NCBI GenBank assembly: GCA_964561085.1 | Contig: CAZLNP010000002.1 | Location: 75,440-139,439, forward strand | DNA from: an uncultured Candidatus Saccharibacteria bacterium | GTDB taxonomy: Bacteria > Patescibacteriota > Doudnabacteria > UBA920 | Length of the DNA stretch: 64,000 nt | Direction of reading: 5' to 3' | In this document: piece after piece, positions 26,886 to 35,385 of the stretch | How the letters are laid out: the number at the start of each line of letters is the position of its first letter | Numbering within the stretch: position 1 is the first letter of the stretch | Notes under the pieces: model-generated | The model's input: the letters and a program-made list of their open reading frames with translations, nothing else | Database searches by the model: none | What the model was told of the DNA's origin: nothing | Made by a program: the position numbers and the translations under genes

Positions 26886-28052
26886 ATGAAAATAGAATTT
26901 TACAATTGTCCTGAACCCAAAGAACTTGATGTTTCTAAATTACCAGAAGCACCTGCTTTTTTGTCTGCAGAAATAAATTTTGATGAGATCGAGAAATTAG
27001 CCAACGAATATACTCACTATAAAAATATTCTTATTATAGGGCATGGCGGAAGCATCTCTAGTTTTTACGGAATTTATCATGGCCTTCGAGAAAAGTCTAC
27101 AAAACAAGCATACGTGCTGAGCACAGTAGACCCCGACTATATTTTGGAACTAAAGAAATTCTTAACCCCTGAAGAAACTCTAGTAATTGCAATTAGTAAG
27201 TCTGGCGAAACAGTTACGCAAATAGAAGCTCTGCTCCAATTCGCAGATTATCCTTTATTATTTATTACCGGCTTAGTCGGTCCGTTAGCAGAACTTGCGG
27301 AAAAACTTAAGTCGAAAACTGTTCTGCATAAACCAATTGGCGGGCGCTACACAGGTTTAACAGAAGTTGCATTAGTGCCTGCGGCAATTTGTGGATTCGA
27401 TATTCGCGCTATGCACGCAGCGGGCCAAAAAGTTTATCAAAATTTTACAGCTAGTAATGATGCCTTCCGCGCTGCAAGTATTGCTTGCCAATTAGAAGAG
27501 CAGGGGATTGTAGATGTCTTCATGCCAATTTATGACTCCCACTTATTCGGGATGAGTAGTTTAATAGTGCAGTTGTGTCATGAGAGTTTTGGAAAAGATG
27601 GTAAAGGTCAGACTTACTTTGCGCATCATGCTCCTGAATCGCAACATCATACAAATCAACGTTTCTTAGGTGGTAGAAAGAATATTGCTGGATGGTTCAT
27701 TTCTAGTGAAAAAACTTTGGATGACGCCATTACGAATGTACCAGAATCTGCAAAAAATATTTCTTTAAAAGATCACACCTTCGATGCTCTCAACGGGATC
27801 CCGCTTTCATATGCTTTGCAAGCAGAACGTGATGCAACTATAGAAGATGCACGCCTGCAAAATATTCCGGTTATAAATCAAATTATAACTAAGCGCGATG
27901 AAGTTGAAATAGCCAGCTTGATTGCTTTTTGGCAACTGTACGCAGTCTATTCATCAGTTTTGCGCGGTGTAAATCCATTTGATCAGCCTCAAGTAGAGAA
28001 CAGCAAGAAAATTTCATTCACCAAGCGCTTGCAGCAAAAAGGATTGCTATAG
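26886..28052 (+). CDS. pgi: glucose-6-phosphate isomerase, short SIS-type
   Basis: ILIIGHGGSISS (GxGGS); ISKSGETVT; PIGGRYTGLT matches the PGI signature GGR[FY]S/T. Confidence 0.6.
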   Translation: MKIEFYNCPEPKELDVSKLPEAPAFLSAEINFDEIEKLANEYTHYKNILIIGHGGSISSFYGIYHGLREKSTKQAYVLSTVDPDYILELKKFLTPEETLVIAISKSGETVTQIEALLQFADYPLLFITGLVGPLAELAEKLKSKTVLHKPIGGRYTGLTEVALVPAAICGFDIRAMHAAGQKVYQNFTASNDAFRAASIACQLEEQGIVDVFMPIYDSHLFGMSSLIVQLCHESFGKDGKGQTYFAHHAPESQHHTNQRFLGGRKNIAGWFISSEKTLDDAITNVPESAKNISLKDHTFDALNGIPLSYALQAERDATIEDARLQNIPVINQIITKRDEVEIASLIAFWQLYAVYSSVLRGVNPFDQPQVENSKKISFTKRLQQKGLL

Positions 28053-28172
28053 TTTCGCTAAAAGCCTCTAGTTGCGCCATCTTCAGAAAATCTTTAGAAT
28101 AAATATAGAAATAGCTTAAAAATCCTTGAAATAAAGGATTTTTTGAGTATTGGAAACCCAAGAAACCTAGAT

Positions 28173-29933
28173 ATGGCAAAAACTATTTATCTAAATTTGG
28201 AAGATGATGTAGCTAAGGTTATAGCTAAGCTTAAGCGTGAATCAGGTACGGACGTGGTTTTAGTGTTTCCAAAAAAGAGCTTCATTTTTTCTGATAGCAT
28301 CAATCTGCGACTTCTAAAGAAGCAGGTAGATATGATTAATAAGAAAGCCTTCATCCTCACTATGGATGAACGCGGCCAAAATTATGCACAAGAAGCTGGT
28401 TTTGAATTAAAGCGTATGCCGGCTAAAACTCGCTCTAATTCTTTTTCAGATATTCGTCCACGCACCACGCGCGTGCCTCGAACAGTGGCTGACGCTTCCG
28501 CCGCCGCTGCAACTGCAGCCGCTGCTACTTCGGCGTTAAAATCTAAAAAATCTTTAACCCCCGCTGAGTCTATATCGTCAGCACCAACACGTGTTCGAAA
28601 AATTGCGCGCCCAATTTCTAGTCAGCGAGTTGCACCAGTCGAACCTGACCCGATCCCACGCCGCGCTACTCGTACCAACCCTCCTGTTAGCGCATCCGCT
28701 AAGGCGCATAGCGAAACTCGATTCGTGGCGCCAGTTCGCGCTAGCGACAATGTATACATCCCAGCCGATTCTAAAGTCACTCAACCAAAACGACGTAAGT
28801 CGTATCGAGCTTATGTTGTTGGGTTCATCGCGTTAGCATTAATAATTGCGTTATTGCTACTTTTAGTAGTACTCCCAAGCGCAAACGTAGTTGTGTACGC
28901 TAAATCTCAAACAGTTGCTCGAGACATTGATGTTATGGCCGATGTTCAAACTAAAGTTGCCGATAGCTCTAAGTTAGCAATTCCTGCAGTAGCAGTTGAT
29001 GAAAATCAAACCATAGTAGATACATTTCAAACAAACGGGAAAAAAGAGTTAGGTAGTAAAGCAGAGGGGCGCGTGGCTTTGTATAATTTAACTGGTAGCC
29101 CAATGGCGTTGAAAGCGGGAACTACCACACTAACTGTTGGCAGTAAAACTTACACTTTTAAAGAAGATCAACCTAATGTAAAAGCATTAACTAATGCATC
29201 AAACGATGCTAATGCAACTGTTGCAGACATAGTTGCAACCGATGGAGGGGAGTCATTTAATGTCCCTGCCGGTACTCGTGTGGAAATTACTAACCAAGCA
29301 TTCGGTAGTCAACCACAAAGGCTATATGCTAAAACTGTCACGCAAGTTATTGGTGGAAACTCACGCTTTGTATCTGCCATCTCTAAAGAAGATTTAGATG
29401 GAGCGCAAAAAGAACTAACTAAGAAAGTTGTTGATGGCATCAATGCTAACTTAGCTGGCAGCAATGTAAAACTAGTTGAAGGCGCATACAATGTGAGCGT
29501 AACTTCTTTTACACCAGATAAAGCAGAAGGTACAGAAGCACAAAGTTTCTCCGCTGAATTAAGAGTCGTAGTAACTGGTTTGGCCTTCGATGAAAATGGT
29601 TTAAAAAATATGATCCGCCAAAGATTGTTAATGTCTTTGGGAGCAGGGAAAAATCTCCAAGAGCTGGAAAAGGATACTGTCATTTACAAAATTAAGAATC
29701 TAGATGCTCAGAATGGCATTATGCAATTAGCTTTACATTACGAGTCTAACGCTAAGCCTAATATCCAGCCGAGTGATTTAAAGAATAAGCTAACTGGTAA
29801 GAGCAAGCAGGAAGCATCAGATTTAATTCTTTCAGATACAGATATTGATAGAGTAGAGATTTCAGTTCAGCCAGCGTGGCAATCTAGTTTACCCAGGTTT
29901 GGCAGTAAGATTAACTTGGAAATTCGCGAATAG
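28173..29933 (+). CDS. hypothetical bitopic membrane protein: cytoplasmic N-domain, Ala/Pro-rich linker, single TM, large extracytoplasmic C-domain
   Basis: Start at ATG 28173 (MAKTIYLNLEDD). Low-complexity stretch AAAATAAAATSALKSKK. TM FIALALIIALLLLLVVL near residue 230. No family recognised. Confidence 0.45.
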   Translation: MAKTIYLNLEDDVAKVIAKLKRESGTDVVLVFPKKSFIFSDSINLRLLKKQVDMINKKAFILTMDERGQNYAQEAGFELKRMPAKTRSNSFSDIRPRTTRVPRTVADASAAAATAAAATSALKSKKSLTPAESISSAPTRVRKIARPISSQRVAPVEPDPIPRRATRTNPPVSASAKAHSETRFVAPVRASDNVYIPADSKVTQPKRRKSYRAYVVGFIALALIIALLLLLVVLPSANVVVYAKSQTVARDIDVMADVQTKVADSSKLAIPAVAVDENQTIVDTFQTNGKKELGSKAEGRVALYNLTGSPMALKAGTTTLTVGSKTYTFKEDQPNVKALTNASNDANATVADIVATDGGESFNVPAGTRVEITNQAFGSQPQRLYAKTVTQVIGGNSRFVSAISKEDLDGAQKELTKKVVDGINANLAGSNVKLVEGAYNVSVTSFTPDKAEGTEAQSFSAELRVVVTGLAFDENGLKNMIRQRLLMSLGAGKNLQELEKDTVIYKIKNLDAQNGIMQLALHYESNAKPNIQPSDLKNKLTGKSKQEASDLILSDTDIDRVEISVQPAWQSSLPRFGSKINLEIRE

Positions 29934-29947
29934 AAGAACTAAATGAA

Positions 29948-29980
29948 AAGACCTGTCCATAAAGTTGGGCAGGTCTTTTG
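29948..29980. terminator. bidirectional rho-independent terminator
   Basis: AGACCTGtCC-ataaagttg-GGCAGGTCT followed by TTTT. On the opposite strand it is followed by a T-run for the minus-strand gene ending at 30004. Confidence 0.6.
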
Positions 29981-30003
29981 CGAAACTATTAATAACTCTT
30001 CAT

Positions 30004-30294
30004 CTAACGATTCTTCAGCCACTTGAATTTTTGCTCTGATGTTAACATCCAGCTAATCTTCTTTGGGGGATTGGTCCAAATGATCCGGTATCCGTCACTT
30101 ACCTCAAAAGTGAAAGTAAGTGGTTGCTTAGTCTGATCAAAGCTTTTCTGAGCAGTTATAGCAGTAGGAGTTCTGCTAGGTGTTATCTTGGACTTGTTAG
30201 GAACGTTCTTTATCGAAAGATAGGCTGTGAGTCCTATCGCTATCATTCCTAAACACAGAGCTGTCTGAAAGAATTGAGTAAAAGTAAATTTCAT
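30004..30294 (-). CDS. hypothetical small membrane protein
   Basis: 96 aa with an N-terminal TM helix. No motif. Confidence 0.35.
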   Translation of the reverse strand: MKFTFTQFFQTALCLGMIAIGLTAYLSIKNVPNKSKITPSRTPTAITAQKSFDQTKQPLTFTFEVSDGYRIIWTNPPKKISWMLTSEQKFKWLKNR

Positions 30295-30427
30295 GGTTCC
30301 CTCCTCAAGGATTTACACAAGTGGTGCGTACGGGTAAATGTTGCGCGTAGGTTTACGAAAATATTATGGAACATAATGACAATTTAGTCAATAATCCCGA
30401 AAGGCCTTAAATTTTAGTCCAAATATG

Positions 30428-30455
30428 TTGACAAAACTCGAAGATGTGTTAAAAT
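30428..30455 (+). promoter_or_regulatory. sigma70-like promoter of the infA-rpmJ-rpsM-rpsK-rpsD-rpoA-rplQ-rplM-rpsI operon
   Basis: TTGACA at 30428-30433, a 16-nt spacer, then TGTTAAAAT (extended -10) at 30447-30455, about 50 nt upstream of infA. Confidence 0.45.
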
Positions 30456-30503
30456 TAACCAGTTAAGTCAGAGAAGTTAAATTTCCTAAGAAAACTCAAT
30501 CAT

Positions 30504-30734
30504 TTGAGCAGCAACGATCCAAATAAACAGACAATTGAACTTGAAGGCAAGGTTATTGAAAGCTTGCCGAACGCAGTTTTTCGCGTTCAATTGGACTCAG
30601 GACAGGTAATTATCGGCCATTTGGCAGGTAAAATGCGAATCCACAGGATTAGAGTGTTACCAGGTGATAAAGTTTTGTTGGAAGTGACTCCTTACGACCT
30701 ATCAAAAGGACGTATTACTCGTCGATTACGCTAG
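30504..30734 (+). CDS. infA: translation initiation factor IF-1
   Basis: S1-like OB fold: [62 protein letters not shown] start. Confidence 0.85.
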   Translation: MSSNDPNKQTIELEGKVIESLPNAVFRVQLDSGQVIIGHLAGKMRIHRIRVLPGDKVLLEVTPYDLSKGRITRRLR

Positions 30735-30892
30735 TTAATAGCCAATCTACGAATGTCCGCGTTATCTATTTTATAAATATTTAGCGGCCTCAAAAGCTGC
30801 GGGAACCCAAGTTTTTACAAAAAACTGAGCTCCCTGAATTGCGCCATCTACTATCATTTTTGATGGGGATATGAGGCTTGCAAGGATTACAA

Positions 30893-31006
30893 ATGAAAGT
30901 ACGAGCAAGTGTAAAACCAATGTGTAAGAAGTGTAAAATCGTAAAGCGATTCGGTCGTGTTTACGTTATTTGTGATGTACCGAAACATAAACAGCGTCAA
31001 GGCTAA
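30893..31006 (+). CDS. rpmJ: 50S ribosomal protein L36
   Basis: 37-aa ORF absent from the ORF track (<60 aa): [37 protein letters not shown]. Zn-ribbon C-x2-C...C...H. Canonical position between infA and rpsM. Confidence 0.85.
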   Translation: MKVRASVKPMCKKCKIVKRFGRVYVICDVPKHKQRQG

Positions 31007-31044
31007 GTGCTTTGCGCATTTTCTAATTAACTAAGAATAACAGT

Positions 31045-31434
31045 ATGGCTCGTATCGCCGGAGTAAACATTCCGAACGAAAAAAGAATAGAAATCTCACT
31101 TCAGTACATTTTTGGAGTAGGACCAACTTTATCAAAGAAAGCTCTTGCTTTTACTAAAGTAAGTCCAGACATCCGCACTAAAGATCTAACTGAAGATGAT
31201 TTGAATAAGTTGCGTGAATATATTGATCAGAACGTAAAGACTGAAGGTAACCTTCGCCAAGAAGTTCTACTAAACATCAAGCGCTTAAAGGAAATTGGAT
31301 CTTATCGTGGCAACCGCCACAGCCGTTCATTACCGGTTCGCGGTCAACGTACTAAGACCAACTCTCGTACTCGCCACGGAAACGTTCGTCGTACAGCTGG
31401 ATCAGGACGTAAGAAATCAGCAGAAAAGACCTAA
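31045..31434 (+). CDS. rpsM: 30S ribosomal protein S13
   Basis: [26 protein letters not shown]...; Arg-rich C-terminus. Confidence 0.95.
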   Translation: MARIAGVNIPNEKRIEISLQYIFGVGPTLSKKALAFTKVSPDIRTKDLTEDDLNKLREYIDQNVKTEGNLRQEVLLNIKRLKEIGSYRGNRHSRSLPVRGQRTKTNSRTRHGNVRRTAGSGRKKSAEKT

Positions 31435-31457
31435 ACCCCCGAAATAATTATAGAACT

Positions 31458-31958
31458 ATGAAATTAGAAGAAGAATTAACAACTGAATCTGCGTCTGATG
31501 CTGCTGCTCAGGTTTCTGCTGAACTAGCTGCAAAAGCTGCTGAATCTGCATCTCCGGCAGCTGCAATAGCTTCCAAGATTAAAGGCAGCAAGAAGAAGCG
31601 ATCCAAGATCAAAATTCCTAAAGGAAAGATCTTCATCAACTCTACTTATAACAATACTATTATTGCTGCAACTGACCCGTTGGGTAATGTATTTGCTTGG
31701 GGAAGTGCTGGTAAAGCTGGTTTTAAAGGATCAAAGAAATCTACTCCTTACGCTGGTGGCAAAACCATGGAAGACGTTTTGGTACGAATTAAAGAACGTG
31801 GCCTAACAGAAGTAGAAATTTTTATTAAAGGTATTGGCTCAGGACGTGAATCAGCGATTCGTGCTCTACAAGCTTCTGGCCTTACAGTTTTGACGATTAA
31901 GGATCGTACTCCTACCCCTCACGGTGGCGTTCGCCAAAAGAAGGTGCGCCGCGTTTAG
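31458..31958 (+). CDS. rpsK: 30S ribosomal protein S11 with an approximately 45-aa Ala/Ser-rich N-terminal extension
   Basis: Core KGKIFINSTYNNTIIAATDPLGNVFAWGSAGKAGFKGSKKSTPYAG...; the extension reads ESASDAAAQVSAELAAKAAESASPAAAIASK. Confidence 0.9.
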   Translation: MKLEEELTTESASDAAAQVSAELAAKAAESASPAAAIASKIKGSKKKRSKIKIPKGKIFINSTYNNTIIAATDPLGNVFAWGSAGKAGFKGSKKSTPYAGGKTMEDVLVRIKERGLTEVEIFIKGIGSGRESAIRALQASGLTVLTIKDRTPTPHGGVRQKKVRRV

Positions 31959-31972
31959 GCAATAACTAATAT

Positions 31973-32581
31973 ATGAGATATACAGGACCAAAAGTTAAAA
32001 AAGCGCGTCGCTTAGGATTTGCATTCACTGAAAAAGATGCTCGCATTATGCAACGCCGTCCAACGCCTCCAGGGCAACACGGTGCAAACCGCGTACGTAT
32101 TTCTGAATACGGTATGCAGTTACGCGAAAAGCAAAAGGCGAAGATCAACTACGGTGTTGCTGAAAAGCAGTTCCTTCGTTACTTCGACAAAGCTATCAAC
32201 CGCCCAGGTGTTACCGGTGACTTGTTGCTAGAAATGCTTGAACTAAGATTGGATAACATTGTTTTCCGTTTAGGTTTCGCAGAAACTCGAGCACAATCCC
32301 GTCAGCTAGTAAATCATGGATTCTTTGAAGTTAACGGCAAGCGCGTAGACATTCCTTCATATGCTACAAAACCAGGTGACGTGATCACAGTTCGTGAAAG
32401 CAAGAAAGCTGGTAAGTACATGGAAGCTCGTAAAGAGAAGATGAAAGGTTTCAAGTCACAGGAATGGATTGAGTTAAACCCAACAACTTTATCTGGTAAA
32501 GTACTTTCCGTACCAACTCCAGATCAAATTGGAAACTTGATCAATACTCAGTTGATTGTTGAACACTACAGTAGAATTTAG
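31973..32581 (+). CDS. rpsD: 30S ribosomal protein S4
   Basis: MRYTGPKVKKARRLG...; S4 domain GFAETRAQSRQLVNHGFFEVNGKRVDIPSY. Confidence 0.95.
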   Translation: MRYTGPKVKKARRLGFAFTEKDARIMQRRPTPPGQHGANRVRISEYGMQLREKQKAKINYGVAEKQFLRYFDKAINRPGVTGDLLLEMLELRLDNIVFRLGFAETRAQSRQLVNHGFFEVNGKRVDIPSYATKPGDVITVRESKKAGKYMEARKEKMKGFKSQEWIELNPTTLSGKVLSVPTPDQIGNLINTQLIVEHYSRI

Positions 32582-32702
32582 TAGCACCTCAATTTATTAT
32601 CAAATTAATTTTTAATTAATTGCTGCCAAGGGATCGCCCCCGCAAGATTATTGGACGTTTGGAATAAAGACAGAGCCCAACAGCAGCAAAAAGAAGGTTT
32701 AT

Positions 32703-33683
32703 ATGGAACAAATTCCATTACCAAATCAAGCCCGCGTCGAAAACGTAGGCGGCAATACTTACGAAGTTACTCTAGAACCTCTTTACCCAGGTTTTGGTGT
32801 TACTATCGGAAATGCAATGCGTCGTGTGTTGTTATCTTCTATGCCAGGTGCAGCTGTGACTGCGGTCAAGATCAAGTATGTTGACCACGAGTTCTCAACT
32901 GTTCCAAACGTAAAAGAAGATGTAATTCAAATTATTTTGAATTTAAAGCAACTCCGATTGCGTAGCTTCTCTCGCGAACCAGTTCGTCTACAGCTACAAG
33001 CTAAGGGTGAAGGTGTGGTTACTGCAGAAATGATCGAAGGTACAGACCAAGTTGAAGTGGTAAACAAAGACTTGTACATTTGTACCCTAGATAACAAAAA
33101 CGCAGACTTCGACATGGAGATCATCGTTGAACAAGGTCGCGGTTATGTTCCTGTAGAATCTCGTGAAGGTAAAGAAAAGCTAGAAGCTGGAATGCTTTCT
33201 ATCGATGCTATCTACACTCCAGTTCGTTCAGTTTTCTTTGATGTATCAAACGTTCGTGTTGGTCAAATTACTAACTTCGACAAATTGGTACTTCGCATGG
33301 AAACAGATGGAACTATCACTGGTCAAGAAGCTATCGATATTGCATCTCACATTCTAGTGGATCACTTCTCAATGTTATTTAACAACGAAGGTGCTGCTCG
33401 TATTGAAATGATGGCAACTCCTGCTGTTGAAGAATCTGTAATGGAGAATGATGGATCTGAAGCAATTGAACCTACTTTCGAAGCTACTGCTCAAGTTGAA
33501 AACGGCACTAGCCTAGATGAATTAAACCTTTCTAATCGTGCTAAGAATGCTTTGACTAAAGCCGGTATCGGTTCAGTAGAAGCACTTCAAGGCTTAACCA
33601 ATGATGAAATCACTAATACTGCTGGTTTAGGTGAAAAGACTATCACTGAAATTCTAGAAGTATTGGGACGTAATCAAAGCTAA
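32703..33683 (+). CDS. rpoA: DNA-directed RNA polymerase alpha subunit (N-terminal domain + alpha-C-terminal domain, CTD)
   Basis: N-terminal assembly domain (EPLYPGFGVTIGNAMRRVLLSSMPG) and C-terminal HhH domain (LDELNLSNRAKNALTKAGIGSVEAL). Confidence 0.95.
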   Translation: MEQIPLPNQARVENVGGNTYEVTLEPLYPGFGVTIGNAMRRVLLSSMPGAAVTAVKIKYVDHEFSTVPNVKEDVIQIILNLKQLRLRSFSREPVRLQLQAKGEGVVTAEMIEGTDQVEVVNKDLYICTLDNKNADFDMEIIVEQGRGYVPVESREGKEKLEAGMLSIDAIYTPVRSVFFDVSNVRVGQITNFDKLVLRMETDGTITGQEAIDIASHILVDHFSMLFNNEGAARIEMMATPAVEESVMENDGSEAIEPTFEATAQVENGTSLDELNLSNRAKNALTKAGIGSVEALQGLTNDEITNTAGLGEKTITEILEVLGRNQS

Positions 33684-33709
33684 TATTGTAAACGTAATTA
33701 ATTAATCGC

Positions 33710-34054
33710 ATGAGACACTTAAACAAGAAAAAATTCGGTAAGGGAATGGACCATCGCAGAAAGCTGTTACGTACTTTAGCGTCTTCCGCGATTCTTTATG
33801 AACGTATTGAAACCTCTTACTCTAACGCTCGCGCTGTAAAGCCTTACATCGAACGAATCATTACTCGTGCTAAAGTTGATTCTTTGCACAACCGTCGTCA
33901 GATTCTTTCTAAGCTAACTAAGAATGCAGCAGCAAAGGCTCTTGAAGTATATGGACCAAAGTACGCAAGCCGTAATGGTGGATATGTACGTATGATTAAA
34001 TTAAATGATCCTAAAGCCGGTAAGTCTAAAGCCGTATTGGAGTTTGTAGAATAA
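33710..34054 (+). CDS. rplQ: 50S ribosomal protein L17
   Basis: MRHLNKKKFGKGMDHRRKLLRTLASS...RNGGYVRMIKL. Confidence 0.9.
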   Translation: MRHLNKKKFGKGMDHRRKLLRTLASSAILYERIETSYSNARAVKPYIERIITRAKVDSLHNRRQILSKLTKNAAAKALEVYGPKYASRNGGYVRMIKLNDPKAGKSKAVLEFVE

Positions 34055-34055
34055 T

Positions 34056-34499
34056 ATGTTAAAGAATCAGAAAATTACATTACCGAAAACAGTTACTCGT
34101 GTATGGCATGAAATCGATGCTTCTACTTTGCCAATGGGACGTATTGCAACTCAGGTTGCAAACCTTCTTCGTGGTAAGCACAAGCGTGATTTTACTCCAC
34201 ATATGGATATGGGTGATTTCGTTGTAGTGACTAATGTTGATAAGATGAAGTTCACTGGTCGTAAGATTGAACAAAAGAAGTACTATCATCACTCTGGCTA
34301 CTTAGGCGGTTTGAAGACAAAGACTTTGAAAGATGAAATCGTTCGTAGCCCAGAAACAGTTCTTCGTAAAGCAGTATGGTCAATGATCGATGACATCAAA
34401 TTCCGTAAGACTATTCTATCTCGCATGAAGATGGTTAAAGGAACTTCCCACACTTATAACACCACTAAGAAAGAAGCTAAGAAAGTAATCGCTAAATAA
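34056..34499 (+). CDS. rplM: 50S ribosomal protein L13
   Basis: ...TRVWHEIDASTLPMGRIATQVANLLRGKHKRDFTPHMDMGDFVVVTN... Starts 2 nt after rplQ. Confidence 0.9.
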   Translation: MLKNQKITLPKTVTRVWHEIDASTLPMGRIATQVANLLRGKHKRDFTPHMDMGDFVVVTNVDKMKFTGRKIEQKKYYHHSGYLGGLKTKTLKDEIVRSPETVLRKAVWSMIDDIKFRKTILSRMKMVKGTSHTYNTTKKEAKKVIAK

Positions 34500-34500
34500 T

Positions 34501-35076
34501 ATGGCTACAGAAACTACAACTACAAAGAAGCCAGCAGCTGCTAAGAAGGTTGCTGCAGCAAAGAAGCCAGCAGCTAAGAAAGCTGTTGCTGAAGAAGTGG
34601 CTAAGCCAGTTCGTAAGACTGCTCCAGTTGCTCCAGTAGAAACTGCTGTTGAACCTGCGATCACTTTTGAAAAGCCAACTCTACCTAAGGGCCGTTACGT
34701 ATATGCTACTGGCCGTCGTAAGACTGCAGTTGCTAACGTTCGCTTGTTTGCCGGATCTGAAAAGAGCCAAGTTAACAAGAAAGAACTAGAAGCTTTCTTT
34801 GATACAGAAAACTTACGTACTACTGCTATCCGTCCATTGGCTCTAGTTGGATTACTAGGTGATTTCTACTTCTTGGCTAGCGTTAATGGTGGCGGTACAA
34901 ATGCTCAAACCGAAGCTATTCGTCATGGAATCGCTCAAGCATTGGCTTCTATGAATGAAGACATGAGAAACGTTCTAAAGAAAAATGGTTTTCTAACTCG
35001 TGATGATCGTAAGAAAGAACGTAAGAAGCCAGGTCTACGTGGTGCGCGTCGTGCTCCTCAATGGGCTAAGCGTTAA
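34501..35076 (+). CDS. rpsI: 30S ribosomal protein S9 with an approximately 60-aa Ala/Lys-rich (histone-H1-like) N-terminal extension
   Basis: Core YVYATGRRKTAVANVRLFAGS...GGGTNAQTEAIRHGIAQAL...KKPGLRGARRAPQWAKR. Extension: TTTTKKPAAAKKVAAAKKPAAKKAVAEEVAKPVRK. Confidence 0.9.
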   Translation: MATETTTTKKPAAAKKVAAAKKPAAKKAVAEEVAKPVRKTAPVAPVETAVEPAITFEKPTLPKGRYVYATGRRKTAVANVRLFAGSEKSQVNKKELEAFFDTENLRTTAIRPLALVGLLGDFYFLASVNGGGTNAQTEAIRHGIAQALASMNEDMRNVLKKNGFLTRDDRKKERKKPGLRGARRAPQWAKR

Positions 35077-35087
35077 TTTATATACAA

Positions 35088-35182
35088 AAATCCTAACCAT
35101 TTATCAGCTCACTTAGTTTCGCTTTCGCATGTCGAATGCTCAGCTCAGATGCGTTCGCTAGATAAAGGTTAGGATTTTTAGT
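35088..35182 (+). terminator. long structured element/terminator at the 3' end of the ribosomal operon
   Basis: Outer stem AAATCCTAACC (35089-35099) pairs with GGTTAGGATTT (35169-35179), followed by a T-run. They enclose about 70 nt with internal pairing potential. This could be a compound terminator or a small structured RNA. Confidence 0.45.
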
Positions 35183-35385
35183 ATCTGTTTACTCCTCGAA
35201 AGGGGAGTTTTTTGTTTCTTTTATAGGGAAATATTTTTGAAGATACATTACAACATCCCGCTTAAATAAAGTCAATATTGACAATTATTGCTCAGAGTGC
35301 CATATTACTAGCATAGATCAATCAATTTTTAATAAAGTCCTCATAAAGAAGGGCTATTATTGTAATAATTAAACAGACTAAACAG

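Noticed and set aside
32651-32884. 77-aa ORF overlapping the rpoA start; also 32019-32231 inside rpsD and 31966-32148 antisense to rpsD.
   Set aside because: They are out of frame with highly conserved ribosomal/RNAP genes. Arg/Ser-rich translations of the alternative frame.
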